Shown piece by piece: positions 9,868 to 19,818 of a DNA stretch of 64,000 bases. The stretch lies in IMG/VR virus record IMGVR_UViG_3300046791_000665. One strand, 5' to 3'. The position numbers were made by a program, and so were the translations under genes. The number at the start of each line of letters is the position of its first letter. Position 1 is the first letter of the stretch. Under the pieces are notes generated by a model. The model had not been told where the DNA came from. It made no database searches and was given only the letters and a program-made list of their open reading frames with translations. This DNA comes from an uncultured virus (IMG/VR IMGVR_UViG_3300046791_000665) (lineage: Duplodnaviria > Heunggongvirae > Uroviricota > Caudoviricetes).

Positions 9868-11432
9868 CGCGCAGCCTTCTTCAAGAAGTCGCGATATCGA
9901 TCGCGCCAGCAATCCCACGACCATCTTGCCGCGATCTCAGCGCGGTTCAATCTGCCCATCTCGTGCAGCCGCTCCGGCGCCATCTTCAACAGAGCCGCTG
10001 CGAACGCTTCAACGGTCCCCTCAACGAGTACGATCCCCGAATCGCCGAAGGCCGCGATCTGCGATTCCATCATCTCGCGGTGGTTGCCGACGTCCGTCGC
10101 GATGAGTGCGAGCCCGGAAGCCATCGCCTCCATGCAAGAATTCGATGCCGCCTCATACTCCGAAGCGCACAGCGCCACGTTCGCCTGCTGATAGAACGCC
10201 GGCATCTCCGAGGGCGGGCGACGGCGCGATGCGCCGCCAGACACCATGTAGTCGGCGACATGGAGCGGGATCTTCGCCTGCTGGCAGGCGGGCACGATCA
10301 CGTCGCCGAGATGCTTGATGAGTCTGCCACCGTAGGCATTTCCGACTCGATGCCCCGAGTTTCCGTTCCATTCCGCGACGACATCCGCGCGCAACGGCGC
10401 GGGAGTGGGAAACCGCCGCATATTGACCGGGTTCGTCAGATACACAACGTTCGGGCACTTCTCCACCAGTGCGTCGTAGACGTGTCGCACGGCCACTTGA
10501 AACGCGCGGTAGCGGTTCGCCGTGGCGACATCCTCCGCATTCGGCGGCACCGGAGTCTCCGTCTTAAACCACTGGCTTCGCAACGCCCCCGCCGCGCGAT
10601 CGTACGGGATCCCCATCGCCGGATTGCGGTGGAAGCACTCGAAGACGGCGTCGTAGTCGGTCCACCTCGGCCGCGCGCCCTGGTGCCAGTTCACGACGTA
10701 GAAGTGTTCGAAGTCGAAGTCGTCGGCGAGGTACTCCGCCAGATCGTGATTGTTCTGATCGAAGGCCCAGCCGGGCACGTCGCTCACGAGCAGGACTCTC
10801 GGCTTCTTCGGCTGAGGGACGTACCCCGTCACCGGGCGCAACTCGACGAGCCACCCGGCAAGGCGGCGACGCGCAGTTCCGGGGCGCCGCCTCAGCACCT
10901 CCTCGACCCCCTCGTACACGCTGACAGTCCAGGGCGGCCTCTTGCTATCAGACAGATCAGTGTAGTCGTGCGCGACCACACAGCCACCAGGAGCCAAGAG
11001 GTCGAGCGCGTATAAGATGTCTCGAGCCACACCCTCGGTCGAGTGATCTCCATCGACGAATATCATGTCGAAGCGACGTCCCGCCGAAACCCAGGCGCCG
11101 AGATTGGCCGACGACATGCGCACCTCGTCGACGTTCTTCACGCCGAGTACGCGGATTGCCCCGCCGGTCAGCTTCGAATCCAGCGGATTCCAAGACGTCT
11201 TCTCGGGCTCTGGCAGATCGATTGTCGTCACGCGCGCTTCTGGAAACGCGAGTCCGAACGCCGCTGCCGTCGCGCCCTTGTACGTTCCGATCTCGAGAAT
11301 CGTCCGCGCCCCCGTGCGCTCGAACGCGTCGAACAGATCGGACAATTCGGTCGCCGGATCCATGAGGCAGTGGTAGGGCAGCACCGACGCCAGAACGTCG
11401 TGGAGCCTCAGGTCGCGCGCGGATGGCATCAT
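9864..11432 (-). CDS. methyltransferase (Methyltransf_24-like) fused to GT-B glycosyltransferase
   Basis: ILEIGTYKG, FVDGDHS, AHDY; C-terminal SEYEAASNSCMEAMASGLALIATDVG. Confidence 0.85.
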   Translation of the reverse strand: MMPSARDLRLHDVLASVLPYHCLMDPATELSDLFDAFERTGARTILEIGTYKGATAAAFGLAFPEARVTTIDLPEPEKTSWNPLDSKLTGGAIRVLGVKNVDEVRMSSANLGAWVSAGRRFDMIFVDGDHSTEGVARDILYALDLLAPGGCVVAHDYTDLSDSKRPPWTVSVYEGVEEVLRRRPGTARRRLAGWLVELRPVTGYVPQPKKPRVLLVSDVPGWAFDQNNHDLAEYLADDFDFEHFYVVNWHQGARPRWTDYDAVFECFHRNPAMGIPYDRAAGALRSQWFKTETPVPPNAEDVATANRYRAFQVAVRHVYDALVEKCPNVVYLTNPVNMRRFPTPAPLRADVVAEWNGNSGHRVGNAYGGRLIKHLGDVIVPACQQAKIPLHVADYMVSGGASRRRPPSEMPAFYQQANVALCASEYEAASNSCMEAMASGLALIATDVGNHREMMESQIAAFGDSGIVLVEGTVEAFAAALLKMAPERLHEMGRLNRAEIAARWSWDCWRDRYRDFLKKAAR

Positions 11433-12109
11433 TGTCCGAACACGCAGCGATCGCAGGGCAGCGGCACGTCACCTAGCCTGCCCTCCCAACCGGGCGAGAG
11501 TTCCGTCGACTCAGCACCCGCGATACCGTTCGCGACGCAGCACCCGTAGACGCGCCCGTCCATGGTCGAGACCGAGTTCTTCTCGCGCCCGCAGGCCATC
11601 TTGCCGCTGCTCTTCGAGTGGATGACGACGTAGGACCGAAAATCCGTATCCGGCTTCGCCGCGCGCACGCGGTCGACGATGGTCGGATCTGTCGGCGTGC
11701 CGGCGTTCGACTCGTCGGTGAAGACGCTCATGTCCACGCGGTCGAAGTACTTGAGCGCCGCCGCGTGCTTCTCGAGCTTCGCGCCGTTCGAGATCAGCCG
11801 CAGGAACTTGCTCCCGCGCGCTGCGCGAGCGAGTCGCGCGACCTCCTCGAATTTTGGGTGCAGCGTGGGCTCGCCACCCGTGAGCGTCACCGTGCCGATG
11901 TCTCCGAGCGCCGCGACATCTGCCGCGATCGACTCAGGAGAGAAGATTCGCCCCTTCGCACGCAGGACGACGTCACCCTCGCAGCAGTCGGGGCAATCGC
12001 GATCGCACGCCGTCGTCACCATGACGTTGCCGTAGCCCGCCACACGCCACACGTCGAGATCCTCTCTCGGCCAGCGCCTGAGAATCGAATATTGACGCTC
12101 GTCATCCAC
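11429..12109 (-). CDS. radical SAM protein
   Basis: CDRDCPDC (CxxxCxxC), TGGEPTLHP, SPASM/twitch-like Cys residues at C-terminus. Confidence 0.88.
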   Translation of the reverse strand: MDDERQYSILRRWPREDLDVWRVAGYGNVMVTTACDRDCPDCCEGDVVLRAKGRIFSPESIAADVAALGDIGTVTLTGGEPTLHPKFEEVARLARAARGSKFLRLISNGAKLEKHAAALKYFDRVDMSVFTDESNAGTPTDPTIVDRVRAAKPDTDFRSYVVIHSKSSGKMACGREKNSVSTMDGRVYGCCVANGIAGAESTELSPGWEGRLGDVPLPCDRCVFGQ

Positions 12110-12725
12110 GGCGTTTCCACACCTCGTCCTGCTGCAGCTGCGCGATGAACTCGTACCCGCTCGCCCTCATGACCTCGCCGAACTGGGGGTCGCCGTAGTT
12201 GTTCTCGACGGTAAGCACGTCGATGCGGAAGCGGTCGAAGTCGAGCGTCTCGAGGATCGCCAGATCGGAGCCGTCCGCGTCGATGGAGCAGTAGTCGATC
12301 TTGTCGAGCCCGTGCTTCTCGAGCAGGCTGCCGAGCGTAACGACCGGGACCTGATAGCGCCGCATCCTTTTCGCCGTGCGCAGCATTCGCGCAGTAAGCC
12401 GATCTCCAAGCTGCCCGGCAAGACCGGAAAACGCCGTGCCATCGACGGTGTCGGCCTCGATGAACTCGGCCTCGCCGAACGCCGGCCCGATCGCCACGTT
12501 CTCGCAGATCGTCGACGCCGCGCGCGCTTCTCGGAGCTTCTGAAACGCACTCGGCTGCGGCTCCACGCAGAGCCCGCGCCAGCCGAGGTTGCGCTCGAAG
12601 AAGAGCGTGTTCGAGAACGTGACGCCATCGTACGCTCCGGCCTCGACGAAGACGCCGCCGCGCATCCTCGAAAAAAATCGCTCGTGGAGGAATTGATCCT
12701 GCCCGACCTGCGAGTGGAACGTCAC
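12102..12725 (-). CDS. FkbM-family methyltransferase
   Basis: SQVGQD, FVEAGAYDGVTFSNT, GLCVEP, IDYCSID. Confidence 0.88.
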   Translation of the reverse strand: MTFHSQVGQDQFLHERFFSRMRGGVFVEAGAYDGVTFSNTLFFERNLGWRGLCVEPQPSAFQKLREARAASTICENVAIGPAFGEAEFIEADTVDGTAFSGLAGQLGDRLTARMLRTAKRMRRYQVPVVTLGSLLEKHGLDKIDYCSIDADGSDLAILETLDFDRFRIDVLTVENNYGDPQFGEVMRASGYEFIAQLQQDEVWKRRG

Positions 12726-13570
12726 GTCGTCTCCTTCGCGGGATTATACCAGTACCAGTACAGGGGGCGATCTCCCGTCGAGACTTCCTTCTTCAAGAGC
12801 GGCCGGAGCCGCATCGAGTAGTCGATGTCCTCGCCGAGCGAGATCGCCTTAAACCCGGCTTGGAGTGCGAGTTCGCGCCTGACCGCATTCAGATGCCCCG
12901 GAAAACGGAAGTGCTTTCCATCTTGCGAGTAGTTATGGCTGCACGCGAGCGACGAGTAGAACGGCTCAGACGCCGCGCCCGCCGTCGTCATCACGCCGCA
13001 GAGGGACGCGCAGTCCGCCGCAGGCTCCGATCGCAGGGCGTCGACCACCCGCACGATGTAGTCGTGACTCACGCCATCGTCATCGTCCACGAACGAGACG
13101 AAGTGCCCCCGCGCGCGCTCGAGCAGCGCCTGCCGCTTTTCACCGATCGTGACACCCTCGCGCGGGTCAACGAGCACTTCCACTTCCCTCGGCTCCTCTT
13201 GCGCGAGGATCTGCGTCCAGAGGTGTTCGAGGAGCCGGTCGAGCATCACGCGCCGCGCCGGCAACGTAGCGATGCAGACAGATAGCCACAGCGGCGGCGA
13301 GTCGAATGCGAGTTGCGCGTGCGGTCGCGAGATCCGCTTCCGCGCTTCATAGATCATCTGGTCAGCGTTCCATAGTGCGTCATTGTGGTCGTAGAGCGCG
13401 TCCCGCGCCGCAACACCCCAGGCTGGGTGGCGGTGCTCGATGATCACTTCGTCAATATAGACGAGGCGCCCGGCCGCGCGCAGAACTTCCGTCTGCTCTT
13501 GGTCACAAAAAAGGGATTTATATCCTGGGACCGTTCTCGTTCCTGGATAATAGATGTAGTATTTTCGCAT
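12722..13570 (-). CDS. GT2 glycosyltransferase (C-terminal part of split gene)
   Basis: YIYYPG..GYKSLFCDQE, EHRHP, then LSVCIATL..R, FVDDDD, GEDIDY; ATG overlaps the endonuclease stop (TGATG). Confidence 0.8.
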   Translation of the reverse strand: MRKYYIYYPGTRTVPGYKSLFCDQEQTEVLRAAGRLVYIDEVIIEHRHPAWGVAARDALYDHNDALWNADQMIYEARKRISRPHAQLAFDSPPLWLSVCIATLPARRVMLDRLLEHLWTQILAQEEPREVEVLVDPREGVTIGEKRQALLERARGHFVSFVDDDDGVSHDYIVRVVDALRSEPAADCASLCGVMTTAGAASEPFYSSLACSHNYSQDGKHFRFPGHLNAVRRELALQAGFKAISLGEDIDYSMRLRPLLKKEVSTGDRPLYWYWYNPAKETT

Positions 13571-14328
13571 CACACTTTCCACGTTCGACCCATCTTAATG
13601 TGTCCTATTGTTGCCTCGCACACCTGGAACAACGGAGCAATCGAACGTATTGATCTGCCCTGCGTAAGTAGGCTGCGAATCTCTACTACTTGTATCCATG
13701 TTAGTTTCGCCATCCCAGCACCTTCGCCTTTACGCTGCGAAGATTGAAGTGCTCGCGTTTCTGCACTATGACAATAACCGCGATGGCTACGAGAAAAATT
13801 CTCTCGCGCCGCTTTCGTGGCAGGTGCTCGTATATACGGCAAGTTCTTATTAACATTATACTCTGTCCACTGTTTGCCTAGTTTGATCAAACTTATAACA
13901 GCCTGACTAACGCCAAACATCTCCCCGATTTCAACTTGGCGAAATTTTCCAAGCGACAATAGATGACGCACTTCTGCAACTTGATGTTCTTTCAAAGAAC
14001 GCGATTCTGGTTTGGGTCGTCTACAGCCAACAGATCCTTCGCCACCAGCAGTGCAGTTCAGCAGTTTTGCTCCAATAGCACGAAAATACGCAATATAAAA
14101 TATTTCTGCTTCGTCTAGTTCTAATTTAGAAGAACATTCTTCTAAAATTGTAATCTCATACGGCTTTCGCCTATACTTCTCAATCCATTTTGAGATCGGC
14201 AACTGTGGCCACGTCTCCAAATGTGAAGGTTTACTATGAGATTTCGGTCTAGACATTCCAACAGACGATTGTCCGATATACACAGAAGAAGATTCTCTGC
14301 GGTGCAGTATGTAAACAAACCGCTTCAT
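13570..14328 (-). CDS. GIY-YIG homing endonuclease with NUMOD-like/HTH DNA-binding modules
   Basis: FVYIL...VYIGQS, ILEEC, EIFYI, LNCTAGGEG, HSAETRALQS; markedly AT-richer than flanks. Confidence 0.88.
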   Translation of the reverse strand: MKRFVYILHRRESSSVYIGQSSVGMSRPKSHSKPSHLETWPQLPISKWIEKYRRKPYEITILEECSSKLELDEAEIFYIAYFRAIGAKLLNCTAGGEGSVGCRRPKPESRSLKEHQVAEVRHLLSLGKFRQVEIGEMFGVSQAVISLIKLGKQWTEYNVNKNLPYIRAPATKAARENFSRSHRGYCHSAETRALQSSQRKGEGAGMAKLTWIQVVEIRSLLTQGRSIRSIAPLFQVCEATIGHIKMGRTWKV

Positions 14329-15197
14329 TCTTCGACAAAAAACTGCCTGTAGAGTCGTCGTCCTAAGATTGGCAACGTCACACAGTTCTCGTGCTGGTGT
14401 CCATCGTCGAAGAACACAGCGCCGTCGAGATGTGGAAAATGCTCCTCCATCGCGGCGATCACGCGCGCCGCCCACCCGTTTCGCACCGGCATCATATCGT
14501 CCGATGCGAGCACGAGGATATCCCAATCCTCGATGCGCCCGGCATTGCAGGCGCTGATCTTCGACCTGTGATGGTCGACAGTGACGACGCACCCGAGCGC
14601 CGCGAGCCGCTGCTGCACCTCGCAAGCGAGCATGTCCTCATCGTCGTCATCGATGACGACCTCGATCGCGATAGGGCATCCGGCCATCGCGCGGTACTTC
14701 TCCAAGACCTCGAGCGCTTGCCTCGGTCTCGCGCGCGTCGGCATCCGCACGAGGAGTCGACGACCGGCATGGACGGCGGCGGGTGCGATCGACTGTGCGA
14801 GTGTGATCGGCGGCAGTGCGCTCGATCGCTGCACTTTCGAGAGCGCTGCGTAGACTGGCGTAAAATCGAATGCCGTTGACGGGGGCGGTCCTGCATCCGA
14901 TCTGGCAGTCACACGCCAACCGCACTGCTCGTACCTCCGACAGATTTCGAACGCAACTAGACCCGAGATTTCCTCCTTGAACACGAGCCGAATCGGACCA
15001 CCGTCAAATCCCGAACGCAATTTGCCATCGATCACCGCCTCGACTTTGGCGATCGCACGTTCTTCGTCGTCTGTGAAAATTCCTTCTGATTCGCGAGCAG
15101 AGGGCTCAATGATTGGCTGCCGTACCAGCGTCTGAAGAAGACGAGCGACTCCCTGTCGTAGCGGTGCTCTCTCGACAGCTTCGGCTAGAGTGATCAC
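14325..15197 (-). CDS. GT-A type glycosyltransferase (N-terminal part of split gene)
   Basis: PTRARP, VIDDDD, SKISACN, WDILVLASDDMMP, TLPILGRRLY; stop overlaps endonuclease ATG. Confidence 0.75.
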   Translation of the reverse strand: MITLAEAVERAPLRQGVARLLQTLVRQPIIEPSARESEGIFTDDEERAIAKVEAVIDGKLRSGFDGGPIRLVFKEEISGLVAFEICRRYEQCGWRVTARSDAGPPPSTAFDFTPVYAALSKVQRSSALPPITLAQSIAPAAVHAGRRLLVRMPTRARPRQALEVLEKYRAMAGCPIAIEVVIDDDDEDMLACEVQQRLAALGCVVTVDHHRSKISACNAGRIEDWDILVLASDDMMPVRNGWAARVIAAMEEHFPHLDGAVFFDDGHQHENCVTLPILGRRLYRQFFVEE

Positions 15198-16081
15198 AGC
15201 GCCTCACACTCACTGATCGCGCGCTCGATCTCCGGATCCCCGTGCTCACGGTAGAAAGATACGATCGCGTCAAGATCCATCGCCTCGTACTTCTTCGACG
15301 CTCCGATAAAGGGCACAAAAGCGTCCGAGCCCTCGCGCACCGCCTGCGGAACGCCGAGATCTTCACCCTTGAACGGATCGACTTCCCGACAGGTCATCGC
15401 AGCATCATACACCGCCGAGCCTGAGAGTCGATGCTCACACGTGTGGTGCTGAACGCGCGGCCATACATAGTCGACGAGAAACTTCAAATTGTTCGTGGTC
15501 CACGCGCTCACCTGCATTCGTTTTTCGAGCCTGTAACCGCGGGTACGCTCACGATCAGAATCCCAGACGAAATTTGGCCACTTCGCGCGAGCAAGAAACG
15601 CTTCGAAGTCCGGCGCGTTCCTGCGCGGACCGGCATCGAGCAATATCCGCGCCTGCGCGACCTCGAACCCTATGAGTCCGTCGATCATGGGCCAGTCGTG
15701 GTGCCCGCGCTTGTCGCCGATCGCGTGCGCAGCGAGCCCTGAACGCATCCACGTCTCAACAACACGACGCTCGCGGTACGATGCGATCGAGTCGACGTCA
15801 CGCATGATGAAGCGCTCGACCGAGTCGTCCCAGAGGGGCATGAGACGCCAGAGCATCGCCTTCTCGATCATCGCCCTACCGGGGATCTCCACCATCTCGA
15901 CGAGCCCGCGGACTACGAGCGCTCGGAGCGCCCGCACGTAACCGCCTTCATTGATGCGCTGGTCGTGATAGATCCGATAGACCCAGCCCTTGAAGATGCA
16001 GTGGTGCGCTCGCAATGCCGCCGGAAGGTACTGCTGGTAGATCCGCGAGTCATCGAAGAGGCAGGTGCTGACGACGTTCAT
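15194..16081 (-). CDS. putative glycosyltransferase-like protein
   Basis: MLWRLMPL..FIMRDVDS..RE motif with DxD; lies within the GT cluster. Confidence 0.5.
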   Translation of the reverse strand: MNVVSTCLFDDSRIYQQYLPAALRAHHCIFKGWVYRIYHDQRINEGGYVRALRALVVRGLVEMVEIPGRAMIEKAMLWRLMPLWDDSVERFIMRDVDSIASYRERRVVETWMRSGLAAHAIGDKRGHHDWPMIDGLIGFEVAQARILLDAGPRRNAPDFEAFLARAKWPNFVWDSDRERTRGYRLEKRMQVSAWTTNNLKFLVDYVWPRVQHHTCEHRLSGSAVYDAAMTCREVDPFKGEDLGVPQAVREGSDAFVPFIGASKKYEAMDLDAIVSFYREHGDPEIERAISECEAL

Positions 16082-16737
16082 GTGAGGTTCCGATTATGCA
16101 AAAGAACGTCGTTGCCATAATCCTCGATGAGATCGAAATCAGGGAGGAGTGCACGAATCTCAGCTAATCCGATCTCGCCCTTATAGTATTCGCGTTCGCC
16201 GTACTCCGTGTAAAGGTACCGCACGCGCTTCCAAGTCTCGGCACCTCCTCGAATCAAGTCCACCTCAGCGCCTTGAATGTCGGCCCAGATGAAGTCGATC
16301 ACGCCGCCGACGTGCTCGCGCGCGAAAGTATCGAGCGTCGTCACCTGCGTCGTGCTCGGGGTAAATATCATGCCCGGCCACGCCGCAGTCGCTAACTTCG
16401 GCTCGCGAATTGACGAGGAACCATAATAGTTCTCCACGACGCGTCCTGCCTCGATGCGCACACCAGAACTCACGTAGAACGGTTGCACACCCACCTCTGC
16501 TCCAACGGCAAGCGGCCACAGCGAATAGCGGCCCACGTTCCCGACATAGTGCAAGAGTTGGCAACGCGCGAAATTCTCCGGCTCCGGTTCAAAGCTATGG
16601 AGCGCAAACGGACGCTCAAGTCCGTCAAGGATCTGAAGAAACTGTTTTGTATGATGTGCGTCGCACGCGCCGAACTCGAGCATCGTAAAACGCTCAGATG
16701 CTACGACGAGGGCACGGAATCGATCCATAATGTTCAC
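16078..16737 (-). CDS. FkbM-family methyltransferase
   Basis: EFGACD, SFEPEP, IDFIWADIQGAE, YLYTEY. Confidence 0.85.
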   Translation of the reverse strand: MNIMDRFRALVVASERFTMLEFGACDAHHTKQFLQILDGLERPFALHSFEPEPENFARCQLLHYVGNVGRYSLWPLAVGAEVGVQPFYVSSGVRIEAGRVVENYYGSSSIREPKLATAAWPGMIFTPSTTQVTTLDTFAREHVGGVIDFIWADIQGAEVDLIRGGAETWKRVRYLYTEYGEREYYKGEIGLAEIRALLPDFDLIEDYGNDVLLHNRNLT

Positions 16738-17078
16738 GACGGTTCCGGTTCCGGCTTCGACCCTGATGCCGGCACTAACTCTGACTCTTGCTCCAGTTCT
16801 GGCTCTCCCTCCGCTTCCGACTCCTCCCAGACCATCAGCCTCCCCCCGCGCGGGATCTCCGAGATCAGCCGCGCCATACCCTCGAAATCAGCCCGCAGTT
16901 CGTCGCTCGTCCTCGGCTCGTGCGCCTGACAAGAAGAGCACGAGAACCCTTCCCAGCGCGCCTTGTACGCCGTCGTCAAGCACTCGTTGTACTTCCGACA
17001 GTCGAGCCGCCGCTGCTCGGGTATCAGTTCCGGATCGTAAATTTGCTTAATTTGAGTAGGAGTAGGTTCTGGGAGCAT
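16734..17078 (-). CDS. hypothetical Cys-containing protein
   Basis: Coupled ORF with C..Y..C and CSSC. Confidence 0.55.
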   Translation of the reverse strand: MLPEPTPTQIKQIYDPELIPEQRRLDCRKYNECLTTAYKARWEGFSCSSCQAHEPRTSDELRADFEGMARLISEIPRGGRLMVWEESEAEGEPELEQESELVPASGSKPEPEPS

Positions 17079-17975
17079 CTACGTCGCGACCTCGAGCGCT
17101 GCCTTCACTTCGTCCGCCTGACTGATCTTTTCGAACGCGTGGAAGCCGCGCGCCGCCGTCACTCGGCGAAGCCCGTCGTCGCGGAGCAGGTTCGCGCACG
17201 CAGCGCCAATCTGATCGTAGGGCACCAGCGCGGTCGCTCCGGCAGCAAACGTCTCGAGCGCGGCGTCGCTGCCGCCTCCCTCCGAGACCACGCACTTGCG
17301 ATTCGCGAGGAGGAGCGAGCAGCGGAAGATCTCCCAGATCGGACTCGGGTAGAAGTGCACGTTCAGCACGATCTTCGCCCGCGCGATCCAGCGATCCCGC
17401 TCCTCACCGTAGACGCCGGAGAGGACGTGCACCCGAATTCGCCGCCGCGCCACATCCTCGATCGCCTGCCTGCGCCGATCGTTCGGATTCGTCACGTCGA
17501 TCGACCCGCAGAAAAGCACGTCGAGATCCTCGCGCTCTGCCGGCGCGATGCTCGAGAGCCCGGGCCAGTAACCGATGCGGCAGAGCAACGCGCGGTCTAC
17601 GCCGAGCGACTTCAGTCGCGCGATGTTCGACTCGCTGTAATCCCACACCGCGTGCTGGCGGAGGCGCGTCAAATAGGGTGACTGCCTCCACGCCTCGCCG
17701 AGAAGCCCGTCGACCTGCACCTGTTCGGCGTTGTAGAGGATCGAATCTTCCGGCAACACCACGTCCTCAGGAAGCCGATGCGCGTTGAACGCGATGATCC
17801 TGCGGTTGCTGCTCACCTCGTGGGCTGCGGCGATGACCTCGCTCGCCATCCCCGGCACGAACACCACGTCGTGCCCGAGCCTCTTCAGAGAATCGGCGAC
17901 GCCCGCCGCAGCCTCCCGAAGCCCCTGCCAGTGCACGTCCCCCGGCGGCGCGTAGATCCAGACGGCGAACTTCAT
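17079..17975 (-). CDS. GT-B type glycosyltransferase-like protein
   Basis: DVLFCGS, AKIVLNVHFY, CVVSE. Confidence 0.7.
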   Translation of the reverse strand: MKFAVWIYAPPGDVHWQGLREAAAGVADSLKRLGHDVVFVPGMASEVIAAAHEVSSNRRIIAFNAHRLPEDVVLPEDSILYNAEQVQVDGLLGEAWRQSPYLTRLRQHAVWDYSESNIARLKSLGVDRALLCRIGYWPGLSSIAPAEREDLDVLFCGSIDVTNPNDRRRQAIEDVARRRIRVHVLSGVYGEERDRWIARAKIVLNVHFYPSPIWEIFRCSLLLANRKCVVSEGGGSDAALETFAAGATALVPYDQIGAACANLLRDDGLRRVTAARGFHAFEKISQADEVKAALEVAT

Positions 17976-19165
17976 GCGGACTCCCCAACTGCCGCCTCGT
18001 CGATGGCCTGGAACATCGCTGGAAAACCACCCGCTTCAAGCCCATACCGGATGTGCTCGCGCATTCGTTCCGCATAGTCCGGGTCTGCGGCGGCGATCTG
18101 CTTCGCCGCAACCGCTGCGATCTGGTGCGCGCGCCAGCAGCAGGAGAGATCGACGGGCGAGGTGCTCACGGCGTTCGCCGCCTCGGACGCCACCGTCGCC
18201 GCGTGGTGGGCCAGATCATAGACCTTTCGAACGGGCACGTTCGGGACCTTGGTCGCGATCTCCGCGCGGAGGAGTGCCGTCTCCGCGCGCTTCGGGTCCT
18301 GCGCGCACAATTCGTCGGCGATCGCGAAGAGTTGCTCCGCCGTATAGTCGCCGGACACCCGCATCGCGTCGAGCCGCCGCATCTCCACGTAGCCGCGCTC
18401 GTCCGCCGTCTCGATCGGCAAGAGGAGCCGCCGCGTGTACAACTCGATGGACTTCCGCGCGTACTCGACAAGCTCGTCCCCCTCCATCAGCGAGAGAAAT
18501 CTGTCGTAGCTCTGGGCGAGGAAGATGAGCGAGCGCGCGTCGGTCGGATCGGACAGGACCGCCGCCTCGAGCAGCGGGATGTGCGTCTCCCAGATGTTGT
18601 TCAGGCGCCGCTCGGGATCGGCGACCCGGTGATCGATCCAGGCATCGGGCACCGCGGCGGACGGGGCCTTCGGATCGACGCGGTTGAAGGGTACCTCGTG
18701 CACCACGCCCTCGTAGCGCCACGCGCTGCCGGTGCGCAGAACGATGGGACGGTAGAGCGACACGCCGTCGATCATCACCTTGACGAAGTGGCAATCGACG
18801 TCGGAGTCGCGGTGCTTCTCCAGGTGATCGCGGAGGGCGGCACCGTCGCGGAGATACTCGTCGCCGGAGAGCATCAATTGAAATACGGCGAGTTCTCCCT
18901 GCTCCGGGGGGCGACCAAAATACGTCGTTGACCAATCACGGCGCAGTACTTCATTTCTTGCCGTAGCAAAATCGATGAATGCCCCTTTACAGAGACCGCC
19001 CGGCACATCCCTCATCACCTCTTCCACGATGTCTTGAGTGCCATCGGTGGATCCGGTGTCCAAAATCGTCCACCGGTCAATCCAAGGACGCACCGCCTCG
19101 AGCACCTCTCGGATGCTCGAGGCTTCGTCCTTCAAGATCATGCAGAGCGACAGCAGCGGCTTCAC
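17972..19165 (-). CDS. GT2 glycosyltransferase with TPR-like C-terminus
   Basis: LSLCMILKDE, LDTGSTDGT, DFATARN, YEGVVHE, FLAQSY. Confidence 0.88.
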   Translation of the reverse strand: MKPLLSLCMILKDEASSIREVLEAVRPWIDRWTILDTGSTDGTQDIVEEVMRDVPGGLCKGAFIDFATARNEVLRRDWSTTYFGRPPEQGELAVFQLMLSGDEYLRDGAALRDHLEKHRDSDVDCHFVKVMIDGVSLYRPIVLRTGSAWRYEGVVHEVPFNRVDPKAPSAAVPDAWIDHRVADPERRLNNIWETHIPLLEAAVLSDPTDARSLIFLAQSYDRFLSLMEGDELVEYARKSIELYTRRLLLPIETADERGYVEMRRLDAMRVSGDYTAEQLFAIADELCAQDPKRAETALLRAEIATKVPNVPVRKVYDLAHHAATVASEAANAVSTSPVDLSCCWRAHQIAAVAAKQIAAADPDYAERMREHIRYGLEAGGFPAMFQAIDEAAVGESA

Positions 19166-19479
19166 GGCGACTTTCCCTCCTGATGCAGCCGATCGATCTC
19201 CTCGATGGTGATCGGCGGCAGAGACGGCTCTTCGTCAGCCTTCGGCACGCGAGTCTTCTTCTCCGCGCAGAGCCGCGACACTTCATCGACGAGCAGGAGC
19301 CCGCGGCGCGCAGCCTCGATTACGTCCTCGTCCACGATGAAGTGCTGGTCGCGGATCTTCGCGGCGAGCATCCGCGACGCCGTCTCGCACGCAAACTGGA
19401 TGCGGCTCGCCTGGAGCGCGGTGGACGCCATCGCGCCCAGGTTCTCCATCATGTGCCCGAGATCGGTGCCGTCGCTCAT
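19162..19479 (-). CDS. hypothetical protein
   Basis: Coupled ORF. Confidence 0.55.
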   Translation of the reverse strand: MSDGTDLGHMMENLGAMASTALQASRIQFACETASRMLAAKIRDQHFIVDEDVIEAARRGLLLVDEVSRLCAEKKTRVPKADEEPSLPPITIEEIDRLHQEGKSP

Positions 19480-19818
19480 CTAGTCCGCGACCTGCCGATC
19501 GCCCCCGGGCGCCGACTCGCGCTGGCGGCGGACCTCCCAGATGCCGGGGGCGAGGCGCAGCGTCTCGTGCGTGTCGTACGGGCGCTCGTGCACCACGTCG
19601 GTGTGCTCGGACTCGTTCGAGAGGTAGCAGATCATCGGGTTCGTCGTTCCGAAGAGGCGCACCTGCTCCGCCACCGCCACGTGGTGGTGCCCGGTCTCCG
19701 AGTGCGCGACGACCGCGCGCCCGTCGGCGATCGGCACCATCTTCACGTCGGCCGGGAGCTTGTCGACCCGGATGAACATCACGTCGCCCTGCGCCGCGGA
19801 CTTCTCGATCGTCTTCAT
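19480..19818 (-). CDS. conserved small protein typically paired with DUF6745 proteins
   Basis: QGDVMF, AHSETGHHH, HETLRLAPGIWEVRRQRE. Confidence 0.75.
   Translation of the reverse strand: MKTIEKSAAQGDVMFIRVDKLPADVKMVPIADGRAVVAHSETGHHHVAVAEQVRLFGTTNPMICYLSNESEHTDVVHERPYDTHETLRLAPGIWEVRRQRESAPGGDRQVAD

Noticed and set aside
13570..14328. Group I intron or intein around the GIY-YIG gene
   Set aside because: The endonuclease ORF overlaps both flanking ORFs, leaving no non-coding core. It is in a different frame with its own start and stop, so it is not an intein.
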